DNA of 28,347 bases from Tubiluchus corallicola. Lineage: Eukaryota; Animalia; Priapulida. Below are positions 10,154 through 23,334 of the stretch, piece after piece. The stretch spans positions 1 to 28,347 of the forward strand of contig JAQGDQ010001709.1 in NCBI GenBank assembly GCA_030141605.1, in the 5' to 3' direction. Position 1 is the stretch's first letter; every line of letters starts with the position of its first letter. The position numbers and the translations under genes were made by a program. The notes under the pieces were generated by a model. The model worked only from the letters and a program-made list of their open reading frames with translations. It was not told the origin of the DNA and searched no databases.

Positions 10154-10695
10154 CTGCCACTAATAAGAATAGATAATTGCTGGCCAGCTATTGTAACTCC
10201 CTCTTCTGCATAACACTCGTCAAGTCTTAAAGTTCGTATTCTTCCAATGCCAATAAACTCTTTAAATAATGTTCTGCTCATGCGCAGTGGCCTGAAGTAC
10301 TTAATGTAGATCTCTTCCATTTCTCTATCCAATTTACTGGGTATGGCTTCCCACGCCAGAGCCAACAAATGTCCCAGGTTCATTGTTAGAAACAATGCGT
10401 TCCACACCAGCATGTCCCTAAAACACACCATGATCCCTGTCCAGATGATGACCAGAAAGTAGCCAGTGCACATGAATCCTCTCATGAGCATCAGATGATA
10501 GTGGAACATGTTTGGAGACACAAAGGCCACGGCAAAGCACACGTTTGCTATGTGAAAGAGGATGTGTTTGGACCGCGTCCAATCCGAGTCCACACATTCG
10601 GAGGTCGTGTTCATGAGGGGTGTGTCATTCCTGGAGGTGCTGATGTTGAGTGCATCGCCAGAGATGGCAACGAAGTGGTACTGTTTTTCACCCAT
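10154..10695 (-). CDS. popdc: Popeye domain-containing (POPDC/BVES family) gene, first visible coding exon: N-terminus, three TM segments, start of Popeye domain
   Basis: Translation MGEKQ...HILFHIANVCFAVAFVSP...IIWTGIMVCFRDMLVWNALFLTMNLGHL...IPSKLDREMEEIYIKYFRPLRMSRTLFKEF...YAEEGVT...LSILISG matches recalled POPDC motifs (FHxAN, C-x-x-D-x-x-x-WN, Y-x-x-x-F-x-PL, YAxE, LSILxxG). N-glycosylation sequons NIS/NDT/NTT precede TM1. Acceptor ttgtttttgcag lies immediately before the ATG at 10695; phase-2 donor GGCAG|gtacga at 10154/10153. Confidence 0.95.
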
Positions 10696-10710
10696 CTGCA
10701 AAAACAAAAC

Positions 10711-11720
<1,010 letters not shown>

Positions 11721-11749
11721 GTGAAGGTGGTGGTTTTGGTGGATTTTAG

Positions 11750-12250
11750 TACACTAAAACCAGACAGCTATCTGTAAGACACTAAGATCAGTCAGTCGAA
11801 CAGTCAGCTATCTGTAAAAACACTTAAAGCAGTCAGCCATGCAATAATTATCTGGAAAAAATGTTGAAAGCAGTCAACCATACAGTCAGCTATCTGTAAA
11901 ACCTAAAATCAGTCAACCGAAAGTCAGTTATCTGTAAAACACTGAAGGTAGTCAACTGAACAGTCAGCTATCTGTAAAACCTAAAATCAGTCAACCGAAC
12001 AGTCAGCTATCTGTAAAAACACTAAAATCTGTAAACCATGCAGTCAGCTATCTGTAAAAACACTAAAATCAGTCAACCGAACAGTCAGCTATCTGTAAAA
12101 ACACTAAAATCTGTCAACCATGCAATCAGTTATCTGTAAAAGAACATTGAAATCAGTCAACCATGCAATCAGTTATCTGTAAAAGAACATTGAAATCAGT
12201 CAACCATGCAGTCAGTTATCCGTAAAAACACCCAGATCAGTTAACCGTGC
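11750..12250. repeat. ~40-bp minisatellite, about 12 diverged copies (CAGTCAGCTATCTGTAAAAACACTAAAATCAGTCAACCGAA)
   Basis: Recurrent cagtcagctatctgtaaaa core at roughly 39-42 bp spacing. Confidence 0.9.
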
Positions 12251-12550
12251 AGCAAGCATATCAGCAAATCACCGATGAAGCGTTTGAAGTCACCAAAGTA
12301 ATAAAACACGTCGAATTTCTGTTGCTCTTCCCGTTCTAACAGCAGAAAGCAAGAGAGAGACTCAGATTAGAAGAGGACAGATCGTTACATCCGGTGATTT
12401 ATAACACGGAGACAGCGTAAGCAGTAGGGGTGACAAGACTGCCAAGGCTTCTCTTTTGCTTACGAAGAAGTTTCAAGAAATTTACCTTCTTAGAAGGCAT
12501 CACAAGAAATTTAAATTCTCAATCACAAGAACTGAAACACTTAATATAAA

Positions 12551-13075
12551 GTATAATATAATATAATATAATATAATATAATATAATATAATATAATATA
12601 ATATAATATAATATAGTATAGTATAATATAATATAGTATAGTATAGTATAGTATAGTATAGTATAGTATAGTATAGTATAGTATAGTATAGTATAGTATA
12701 GTATAGTATAGTATAGTATAGTATAGTATAGTATAGTATAGTATAGTACAGTACAGTACAGTACAGTACAGTACAGTACAGTACAGTACAGTACAGTACA
12801 GTACAGTACAGTACAGTACAGTACAGTACAGTACAGTACAGTACAGTACAGTACAGTACAATACAACACACAACAACACAACACAACATAACATAACATA
12901 ACATAACATAACATAACATAACATAACATAACATAACATAACATAACATAACATAACATAACATAACATAACATAACATAACATAACATAACATAACATA
13001 ACATAACATAACATAACATAACATAACATAACATAACATAACATAACATAACATAACATAATATAATATAATATA
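12551..13075. repeat. Compound pentanucleotide satellite (ATATA)-(GTATA)-(GTACA)-(ACATA)-(ATATA)
   Basis: Read directly. Confidence 0.98.
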
Positions 13076-13194
13076 AATGTACAATAAAAAACGAAAAAAA
13101 TGTGACTACTGTGTTATTGATGATTGTTCGTGGTTGTTATATTTTGCCTTTTATGTTTTTGTGTTGTTTATTCTATGTTTGTGATAAAAGTTAG

Positions 13195-13380
13195 AGCATA
13201 TAGCGAGGAAGTGATTGATTGGATAGGTCCCTGCATTTCGCATGCCCGCCGTGGGTTCAATACTTGCTCTGGGCGGTATCATTCATACATCTTGACCGTT
13301 TACTTATATATCCTAGCATAACTGGGACTCTTCTACCGGTTCAGTGGCTCAACCCAGAGAGACACCCTTGACCATGAATT
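13195..13380 (+). mobile_element. Possible degraded tRNA-derived SINE head
   Basis: GC-richer patch with A-box-like tagcgaggaagtg and B-box-like gggttcaatac; no cloverleaf recoverable. Confidence 0.25.
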
Positions 13381-14419
13381 AGTTTCCGGTCACATCACAA
13401 TCATTTCGTTGTTTATGACTAGGTCCTGGTTTTCTAGTGTTTTCTGGCGTGCAAGTTTGTAGAAAATATTGCATTTTCTAGCTTGTCTGTAATAAGTGAG
13501 CAATCACAAAAATTTATGTAATTACGAACACCCGAGAATATTGAGAGATATAATTTAGCTTGTCTATATATTGCACAAAAACGTCTGCTGCACCTCTCAG
13601 TTCAGAGGTGTTCAGTTGTGACGTAGTGCACACGTTGAGAGCTCATATTCAAGCGGTAAACCTGAAGTTTGAATTTTAAATTTAAAAATGCCGAGTTTTT
13701 GTAGTATCACACTGAATATCTTACAGTAGCACTGTACTTTAATTTTCACTTTTTCAAACACGTCCAATACGCTAATAGAATGTTTGTGTTGAAAATTCTG
13801 TTAGTTTGTGATGTCTTTGCTACTTGGACTCGCCAGCCATTAACTAAGTTTTTAGTGTATTATTTAATTATCAGACATTAATTATTTAATTATTATTATT
13901 ATTATTATTATTTAATTATTATAAATGTTAAAATATATACATTTTACAGCACTTCAAGACGGGGTAGGATATGAAAATTCATTCTGTTTTCCTTTAAATA
14001 AAAAATTATGTATTCCAAATCGTGTGAGAATGGGTGACCTTTTTTCAGCTTTGTATGCTTGACATTTCAACGAACTGACCAGAATGAAAGATACAGCAGT
14101 AAATGCAGAAAGGTCCATAAACAAATTCTGTTTAAGAAGAAGTTTATTCATGTTACAGTGCAGGGGAAACTTAATGGCATTTGCATCTTAACAGTTCTGA
14201 ATAATGTAGCAGCCATCAACGTACACAGCAGTCACTTGGACTTAATCAAAAGTTTACGATTTCTTTAAAATATTCCAAAACTGAAGTCAATTACGTTGAG
14301 TGGAGTGAAGTCCGCATGACTCAACAGCCAACCAGCAAATGCCAACAGAGAAGACAAAACCCTGCATGAAACAATGATAACAGACAAAACAAAGTGGGTA
14401 GCTTAGAACTGCTCTCTTG

Positions 14420-15350
14420 TTATATGAAAGCACCAACAATCAACAACTATCACATTTTTTTTTACTTTTGCTTCTCTATCTTAAAACATCTAGAGAAACC
14501 TTTCTTATGTAGCCAAATATCACAAAATTGTATCAAATGGAGCTGCTGTCTGTAATCCCTTTGAAGTAGCAAGATTACAACGTTTTTGGGATTTTGTTTC
14601 CCAACTGAAAACTTTCAAGAAACGTTTAACTCTCGTGTGCGCCAAAAATCACAAAGTAATTCCACAAAAAGCTGTGATCTTGTCCAGCAGCAACAAAAAA
14701 ATCCACATCGTTTTTTACTTTTGTTTCATTAACAAAAAACATCTGCGTGAAATGAACCTTCTTGTATCCTTAAATGCCACAAAATTAGTAAGACATTAGT
14801 AAGAACGGTCTTTCCTTTTCGAAACAGCAACTACCAACAATGACCAACAATGGCTGTTGTTTGACTAACTAAAAAAATCCAACTGAAATGAGCCTTTCTT
14901 ATAGACTTAAATTTCACAAAATTAGTAAGACTTTAGTAAGAATGGTTTAGTCCTTTTGAAGCAACAACTACCAACAATGTTGACTTTTGACTTTTGTTTC
15001 ACTAACTAAAAACATCTCAAGAGAAATTAATTTTCTTTATAGACTTAAATTTCACAAACTTAGTAAGAGGTTAGTAAGGACTGCCTTATCATATTGAAGT
15101 ACAAAACCACCAAAACTGGTCACTTTTTTAGCTTTCATTTCCTTACCTCAAAACATCTAAAGGAGATTAACCTTTCCTATCGACTTAAATGTCACAACAC
15201 AAACTTAGTAAGAGGTTAGTAAGGACTGTCTTATCCTATTGAAGAACTACAAACCCACCAAAACTGGTCACTTTTTTAGCTTTTATTTCCTTACCTCAAA
15301 ACATCTAAAGGAGATTAACCTTTCCTGTCGACTTAAATGTCACAAAGTTG
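14420..15350. repeat. Diverged tandem repeat, unit ~120-145 bp, about 6-7 copies
   Basis: Recurrent aaaacatct...cctttc...acttaaat.tcacaaa.ttagtaaga at ~14780, 14920, 15060, 15205; the last two units are nearly identical. Confidence 0.8.
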
Positions 15351-15739
15351 TCCCAGACAGAGCTGCTGTCTTGTCCCATTATTGAACCAACACCACAAAC
15401 AACCAGCATTGTCCATCTTCACTGATTACATTAGCTGGTAAGCTTGATGCAAACAAGCACAACCTGCTGTGAGAGGTTATTACTTGGGCATCTCCAGCAC
15501 ACAGTTCACCGTCAGCCGAAACACTGACAAATGTTGACGCAGAACTGCCCCAGTTCCTTCCATACATCACACTGCAGAGAAATTGCTACAGTTATTAACA
15601 GGAGATGCCTCTGAGAGCTCTGCTGCTATTGTAACATTTATGAGGCTGTTGTCAATTGAGCGTGATAAATAACATTATTATCTGGTTCATCAAATTTGCA
15701 TTCAACTCGGATGCTGCAGGAATTTCACAGGCAGCAACA

Positions 15740-17070
15740 ACAGCAGCTGTCAACTGTTTAGTTGCAGTTTGATTTACTCATTTAGGAGTTTCAATTCTGA
15801 GAAACGATTTTGCCAACCTCCTTAACAGCTTATACGCTACATTACATGAAAAATATTTCATAACAAGCAGCCATGTTATGAAGTAATATAGAAGAGCCAA
15901 ATTTATTATTTAAACCTTTAAAAACATCACAGACGTTTCATTCAGCACTCACCTTCAGTACAAGAGAGTTTCAAACAACAATCAGTTTACCATCAGTATA
16001 CAGACAATGGGTACAGTAGCTGTCATCTGTTTAGTTGCAGTTTGATTTACTCGATCAGGAATTTCAATTCTGAGAAACGATTTTGCCAACCTACTTAACA
16101 GCTTATACGCTCTGATACAAGTAATATACGAGCATTTACATGAAAAATATTTGATAACAACCTATGTTATAAAGTAATTTAAAAGAGACAACTTTATTAT
16201 TAAAAACTTTAAAAACATCACAGACGTTTCATTCAGCACTCACCTTCAGTACTAGAGAGTTTCAAACAACAATCAGTTTACAATCAGTATACAGACAATG
16301 GGTACAGTAGCTGTCATCTGTTTAGTTGCAGTTTGATTTACTTTTATTCAGGAATTTCTATTCTGAGAAACGATTTCGCCAACCTGCTTAATGCCTTATA
16401 CACTCTGATACAAGTAATATACGAGCGTTTACATGAAAAATATTTGATAACAAGCCATGTTATGAAGTAATTTAGATGAGACAACTTTATTATTAAAACA
16501 TTTAAAAACATCACAGACATTTCATTCAGCACTTACCTTCAGTACTAGGGAGTTCCAAACAACAATCAGTTTACCATCAGTATACAGACAATGGGTACAG
16601 TAGCTGTCATCTGTTTAGTTGCAGTTTGATTTACTTTTATTCAGGAATTTCTATTCTGAGAAACGATTTCGCCAACCTGCTTAATGCCTTATACACTCTG
16701 ATACAAGTAATATACGAGCGTTTACATGAAAAATATTTGATAACAAGCCATGTTATGAAGTAATTTAGATGAGACAACTTTATTATTAAAACATTTAAAA
16801 ACATCACAGACATTTCATTCAGCACTTACCTTCAGTACTAGGGAGTTCCAAACAACAATCAGTTTACCATCAGTATACAGACAATGGGTACAGTAGCTGT
16901 CATCTGTTTAGTTGCAGTTTGATTTACTTTTATTCAGGAATTTCTATTCTGAGAAACGATTTTGCCAGCCTGCTTAACAGCTTATAGGCTCTGATACAAG
17001 CAATATACGAGCGTTTGCATGAAAAATATTTGATAAAGCTAACAGACAACTTTATTTTTAAAACCTTTAA
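15740..17070. repeat. 293-bp tandem repeat, about 4.5 copies
   Basis: agctgtcatctgtttagttgcagtttgatttact recurs; identical ORF-track entries at 16344 and 16637 give the 293-bp period. Confidence 0.95.
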
Positions 17071-17276
17071 TCTTCATCACCTTCCTTGCCATAAATACTA
17101 GGAAATTCATTTTTGAAGATTTTATGAAACGCCAGTCACGCAACCAGTAATAATAGCGCTAATTATAGCCAAAACTCATGTTAGTTCTACTTTTTCAGCT
17201 TCGTTGTTGCACCACTGATGTGGCCTGAAAAAATCTGAGCACGCTACAGACTAGCCTGCATTGTCAAGTCGTTTAG

Positions 17277-17925
17277 AGGACAAGAAAAGGGGTACCTAAG
17301 GTAGGTTTCAGAAAAATCGCCTTAAAAATCATACCACTTTACAGCAATTTTATGCACATAACGTACTCGTGTTAAAAGGGATTTTTGTTTGTTTTCATTT
17401 TGAATCTCCCGCAAAACTGTTAAGGCGGCGCCATTACATGACGTCACATACGCAAACGTAACCCAGGGGATGAAAAAGAAATGTTAAATTATGTCACAAA
17501 AAACTTTCCATGCAAATCTATATTACTTAGCATTTCACTTAGCTGCTGGAAAGACTTATGCAGCTAGAAATAATAATTTAGAATGTTTGTGCCAATTAGT
17601 AAAATGTCGCTGACTCACCCTCCAGGGTGCACCACTCACTAACTAAAAACGTATTTTTAATCTTATTAACGAGATACAGTAATTTAAGACTTTATTTAGT
17701 TACTAACATGCGTGTTACGAATGCTCGGATTATTTGTTCAAACTTCGTGCAATGTTATCAAGACTGCCATGGAAATGGCTGCGTCATCGCGGCAGTTTAA
17801 ATTTACACATTTATACTGCATTACTGCCGACGCAAGCCCTGCTTTCAAAAAGGTAGTACGTAAGTGGTTTAAAATTTTAAGACGAATTTTTCAAGATTTA
17901 TGTAAGTAGAGGATTTTCTTGTGCT
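17277..17925 (+). mobile_element. Kolobok-like MITE copy
   Basis: ttag|AGGACAAGAAAAGGGG ... TTTTCTTGTGCT|TTAA; colinear with 18367-19056. Confidence 0.8.
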
Positions 17926-18366
17926 TTAAATAGAAATTTAAATCTCCCTTGTCGGCAGAAATATGGGAAATCTTGAAACTCTTGCGTGGTATTTTGTGTG
18001 AAAATAAACCAACTTGAACTTTTTTCTTATTTGTTTTTGTTTTTGTTATCTGCGGAATCACCGTTAATTTTTAATATACTAATCTATTTATAAGAAAGGG
18101 CAGGAAACTAGATGACACTATGGTCCTTTCCTGCCCTGCTCCATGATTATAATTACTTAATATTTAAAAAGCTTTTGTTGTTAAACTAATTGGAGAAAAT
18201 AAAATGTTCTATGCCTATGAACTTGGTCTTTCACTAAAATTTCACTTTTAGTTTTACTGTAACTGGAACCTTTGTATGACACAAAGTTCTTTCTATTCTT
18301 AGTTTTGAGTAACTATAAGTAGACCTTCCACGGATGTACAAAGTTCTCTGTTCTCACTAAACTTAA

Positions 18367-19056
18367 AGGAGAAGAAAAGGGGTACCTGAAGTTGGTCTCA
18401 GAAAAATCGCCATAAAAAATTATATTACTTTATAGCAATTTTATGCGTATATTGCGTATATCATACTTGCATTAAAAAAATTTAATTTGTTTTCATTTTA
18501 AATCTCCCGCAATACTGTTCCGAAGTCGCCATTACATGACGTCACTACGTAAGCGTAAATCAGGGGAAGAAAAAGAAATGTTAAGTTATGTAAGAAAAAA
18601 CTTTCCGCACAAATCTATATTACTTAGCATTTCACTTACCTGCTGGAAACACTTATGTAACTAGAAAAGAATTTTTTTAATTATTTAAAATGTTTTCACC
18701 AATAGATAAAATCTCGCTGACTCACCCTCCAGGGTGCACCACTCACTAACCAAAAACGTATTTTTAAACTTACTGACAAGGTTACAGTAATTAAACATTT
18801 TACTCAATTAGCGATGTGTGCGCTACAAATGCTCTGATTGTTTTTTTCAAAGTTTACACAATGTTATCTAAACTTGTTTCAAATGACCTGTGGTCAAAAT
18901 GGCTGCGTGTAACGGTCATCGCGGGAGTTTAAATTTACAAGTTTTACACAGCGTGACTGCCGATTGAAGTCCTGCATGCAAAAAGGCAGTACGAAAGTGG
19001 TATAAAATTCCAAAACGATTTTTAAGCGTTATGTTTGTGAAGGGGTTTCTTGTGCT
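18367..19056 (+). mobile_element. Kolobok-like MITE copy with intact TTAA target duplication
   Basis: TTAA|AGGAGAAGAAAAGGGG ... GGGGTTTCTTGTGCT|TTAA. Confidence 0.82.
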
Positions 19057-19069
19057 TTAATCTTTCTTA

Positions 19070-20071
19070 CAAAAAATTATAGTTGTACGCATGTTTGAAC
19101 ATGTTTGGAATAACCAGACAACGTTTTCACCTAAGCTACTAGTTAATAAATTAGAAGGAAAATAGAAATTGATTATACGCTTTTTCTAAAAGAAGAAATC
19201 CATAATCGTAACTAAGGGTGAGCATCGAACGTTCCAGTTTTTAAGTTCGAATTTGACTCGAACCTGAAATTATAGATTCGAATAATTCGTCACTCCAGCC
19301 GCACACGTTCTTTATCATTAAAAAGTATGCACTTAGCACAATTTAGCTGCAGTTTCTGTGCAAAATTTTTAACAAACTAATAGTGGTTTTACTGCAGAAC
19401 AAAAACAAGTAACATGCATGATCTTTGTGAGACCACTTTTCACTAGTGGTTCGAAAACTGGTTTGAAAATCTTTCATACTCAATTCGAATTCGATTCGGA
19501 TTCGAAATACTGAAATTCGATTCGATTCTAATTCGAAAGTCACAAATTCGATTCGATTCGAATTCGCTTTCAAGTGAAGAATGTTCACCCCCAATGATAA
19601 CAAATCTGATGGAGAGAACAAACTGCAAACGTATCGAAACTTCAAAAAACAACCTGAACTAGAAAACTATTTACTTTCTGGTTTTCCAAATGTTATATAA
19701 CAAAATGTACAAAACTGAGAATCGGCTCTCATACTTTGTATATTCAAAGAGGGAGGTACGTTAAACCTGGAAAAATCCCCGCTGAGAATCGGATCTGCTC
19801 ATCCTGTTTGAGAAATGAAATCAAAGACGAATTACACTTTGTTATAAAATGCCCATGCTACAATGATCTTAGAGAAAAATCATATAATCACATCAATGTA
19901 ATTATACCAGAATTTTTCCTTGTGAAAGATGGTGATAAATTTTTATTCTTGATGGGAAGTAATGATTTAGAAGTAATTAAGACATTTATTAATTATGTTG
20001 AAGAAGCGTTTTTAAGACAATTGATGAACAATATACTATGTAATGATCATATCATTGAAAACGAGGCCTAA
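19070..20071 (+). mobile_element. 3' relic of a non-LTR retrotransposon ORF2 with C-terminal zinc-finger region (RTEX-like), interrupted by a MITE
   Basis: FEHVWNNQTTFS...; NKLQTYRNFKKQPELENYL; TKLRIGSHTLYIQRGRY.KP.KIPAENRICSSC...EIKDELHFVIKCPCYNDLR, matching the LR.S.H.L.IE.GRY...R.C..C...EDE.HF...CP.Y..LR signature. Stops and frameshifts are present. Confidence 0.8.
19213..19593. mobile_element. hAT-like MITE (381 bp) with TTCGA-rich subterminal repeats
   Basis: Imperfect 13-bp TIRs TAAGGGTGAGCAT / (rc) TGGGGGTGAACAT; 8-bp flanks atcgtaac and atgataac (6/8 identical); many TTCGAA/ATTCG motifs near both ends. Confidence 0.75.
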
Positions 20072-20809
20072 TGAATGAGTATTTATTTTAAATATTAATC
20101 ATTAAACCTTTCATTAAATAACTAAAATAACTAACAGGAAGACGTAATAATATTTGTTTTATTAGTAATTGTTTTGTTTGTCTGCAGTGTTATTATATTT
20201 CAAAATTTAAATTGTATATATGTCTTGTTTTTTGTATATTTCAAAATTGATATTGTACGTATGTTTTGTATGTATTTTTGTAATAAATATCTAAATATCT
20301 AAAAATACCACAAGATTTATAACACAAAAACACGTGAGGATATTGTTTAAGAAGTGCTTTCCGTTGACGAAATCAGACGAATATACAGCGAACCACCAGG
20401 CTAAACCAATAAAGTCAAAATTTCTGCTCATTGTAGACAAATATACATTATTGTTCTCCCTTTTATCTCGATGAAGCCTTTTCAATAAAATATAGTGGAT
20501 TTCATCATCGTGCAGACTGTACATTGAGTTTCCAGGCGCAACACATCGAATCAAAATCTGTGTTCGTCCTGATAAGGCTTTTTTAAACGTGCGCAGTTAG
20601 TACAGTAGACTAGATTTCATCATTGTATATCCAAGACAATAACTTACCAGGCACAGCGCATCGAGTCAAAATTTATGGTTTGCTATAAATAAAAATACAT
20701 TGTTCTACTATTTGTTATAAAAAATATTTTTAACAGGTCTACAGTACAGAGAATTTTATCATTGCAAACCCGAATATGTACGCTCAATTTCATTTTTGTT
20801 CAGTGTGAA

Positions 20810-21863
20810 CAATGGGTTACCAAGCACAGCCCATCGAGTCAAAATTTGTTACTTCCTGTAGACAGAAATGTCATAGTTCTGGTAAAGCTTTTTCAAACAC
20901 GTATGCTGTTCTTTGTGTTTCACCATTCTACAGTCTGAACAATTGGTTACCAGGCACAGCTCATCGATTCAAAACTTATGACTTGCTATAGACAAAAGTG
21001 TGTCATTGTTCTGGTAAAGCTTTTTCAAACACGTATGCTGTACTTTGTGTTTTATCATTGTACAGTCTGAACAATTGGTTACCAGGCACAGCTCATCGAT
21101 TCAAAACTTATGACTTGCTGTAGACAAAAGTGTGTCATTGTTCTGGTAAAGCTTTTTCAAACACGTATGCTGTACTTTGTTTTTTATCATTGTACAGTCT
21201 GAACAATTGGTTACAGGCACAGCTCATCGACTCAAAACTTATGATTTGCTGTAGACAAAAGTGTGTCATTGTTCTAGAATAGCTTTTTCAAACACGTATG
21301 CTGTACTTTGTGTTTTATCATTGTACAGTCTGAACAATTGGTTACCAGGCACAGCTCATCGATTCAAAACTTATGACTTGCTGTAGACAAAAGTGTGTCA
21401 TTGTTCTGGTAAAGCTTTTTCAAACACGTATGCTGTACTTTGTTTTTTATCATTGTACAGTCTGAACAATTGGTTACAGGCACAGCTCATCGACTCAAAA
21501 CTTATGATTTGCTGTAGACAAAAGTGTGTCATTGTTCTAGAATAGCTTTTTCAAACACGTATGCTGTACTTTGTGTTTTATCATTGTACAGTCTGAACAA
21601 TTGGTTACCAGGCACAGCTCATCGATTCAAAACTTATGACTTGCTGTAGACAAAAGTGTGTCATTGTTCTGGTAAAGCTTTTTCAAACACGTATGCTGTA
21701 CTTTGTGTTTTATCATTGTACAGTCTGAACAATTGGTTACCAGGCACAGCTCATCGATTCAAAACTTATGACTTGCTGTAGACAAAAGTGTGTCATTGTT
21801 CTGGTAAAGCTTTTTCAAACACGTATGCTGTACTTTGTGTTTCACCATTCTACAGTCTGAACA
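20810..21863. repeat. 132-bp tandem repeat: 7 homogeneous units from 20941, plus increasingly degenerate units back to ~20400
   Basis: aattggttac at 20941, 21073, 21205, 21336, 21468, 21599, 21731. Confidence 0.96.
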
Positions 21864-22286
21864 GCACATGATCGACATTTGATGCTCGGTGAAACATCTT
21901 TGCTGCTCGTATTAATAACTAATGACGGTAATTAATTATAAACGCAAGATGAGATGCCTTCATTAGGGACGCTTGCTCCCCGGAGTCCATTTCCTTTCAT
22001 ATGGTGGCGCAGACGATTTGTACGAAATTTAATTGTGTTCAGTGAGGCGTGTCGTCTCTTGTCCTGGTAAAACTCCTCCATTACAACTCGATGAAGCCAT
22101 GCTATGTTTGTCAAACCCATGATGGGAGACCGGAAGCTTTTGTTGATGGCAGATTTAATGTTTTCCTTTAAATTAAGCTATTTGGCTGCAGCCGTTACTG
22201 CGCTGGTTAACTTTGAAATGATCGATTTGCTTGGATTGAAGTTATTCCACTCGGTGTACGACTAGAGCGGGATATAAAATTGAAAA

Positions 22287-22298
22287 TGCGCATGCGCA
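22287..22298. promoter_or_regulatory. NRF1/P3A2/EWG-type palindrome TGCGCATGCGCA next to TATAAAA (22273); candidate promoter
   Basis: Perfect 12-bp consensus in a CpG-containing unique stretch; function not shown. Confidence 0.4.
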
Positions 22299-22494
22299 AG
22301 ATACAAGATAGGCCTATCTTATACGAAATGCTTACATCCTATACTTATATCCATACTGAAAAGAAAAACAAATCCTTATACATCGAATCATTTACTAATC
22401 TAACGTTTCTTTCATCCATGTGTCGGTAATTTTTTCAATTTTCACGGCTACACATACAGTAATTTTATCATTCTGGGCGATTCATACATCAAAT

Positions 22495-23020
22495 CCAAGT
22501 AAAAAGGTCACAGGTAAAAAAGACACAGAAGAAAGTCATAGGAAAAAAGTCACAGGAAAAAGTCACAGGTAAAAAAGATGCAGAAAAAGTCACAGGTAAA
22601 ATGTCACAAGAAAAAACACAGGAAAAAAATGTCAGAAGAAAAAGGCACAGGAAAAATGTCACAGGAAAAAATCACAGAAAAATGTCACAGGAAAATTCAC
22701 ACGAAAAATGTCACAGGAAAAAGGTACAGGTAAAAAAGTCACAAGAAAAGTCACATGAAAAAGGCACAGGTAAAAAAAGTCACAGAAAAAAATCACAAGA
22801 AAAGGTGAGAAGAAAAACTCACAGGAAAAAGGCACAGGTAAAAAAGTCACGGAAAAAATCTCACAGGAAAAAAAGCACGGAAAAAGGCACAAGAAAAGAA
22901 TCAACCCTAATCCTAACCCTAATCTTTGCGAAAATTAAATGTGACTTTTTTCCTGTGACTTCTTCCTAGCCAAAATTGTGACATTTTTACATGAGGTTTT
23001 CCTATGACTTTGCCGGTCAC
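22495..23020 (+). mobile_element. Non-autonomous element built from (AAAAAGTCACAGG)n repeats, a TAACCCTAA motif and inverted copies of the repeat at the far end
   Basis: About 30 degenerate 12-15 bp units, aaccctaatcctaaccctaa at ~22902-22922, then ttttcctgtgact inverted units. Superfamily not assignable. Confidence 0.6.
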
Positions 23021-23334
23021 AAATACGTTAAACGAAAGGCTTCTAGCGTCTTCTCAACGATGGCTTATTTATCAAAACGAACCGCTTGGTGAACGGAGCA
23101 AAACACTGGCTAAACGTGTGTTCAATACTCCCTCTTATCGTTTTCATTTGCCATATTTATTTCAGCTATTTATAGCTCTTTGAGACATATTCAATGTCTC
23201 ATCTTAGGCGGTATAGCCATGTTAATCATCGCTTGGTTCCAGTCCCGCCATACGCGTGGATTTCAAAAGGCCTTAGGTGCTGGATTCCAACTAGTAAATT
23301 ACCGAACCTCTTAAAAATCTTAACGCAACATTGC

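Noticed and set aside
12480-12540. 5' non-coding POPDC exon ending at AAG|gtaaat (~12486)
   Set aside because: A lone donor-like motif is insufficient without transcript evidence.
17212-17250. Another hammerhead (cactgatgtggcctgaaa)
   Set aside because: Core CTGATGA is broken and no stem II is evident.
22902-22922. Interstitial telomere
   Set aside because: Only about three imperfect TAACCC units, internal to a repeat element.
22601-22969. 122-aa Lys-rich ORF (and mirror at 26692-27060) as a histone H1/protamine-like gene
   Set aside because: Arises from A-rich GTCACAGG repeats; identity of the two copies is explained by the inverted duplication.
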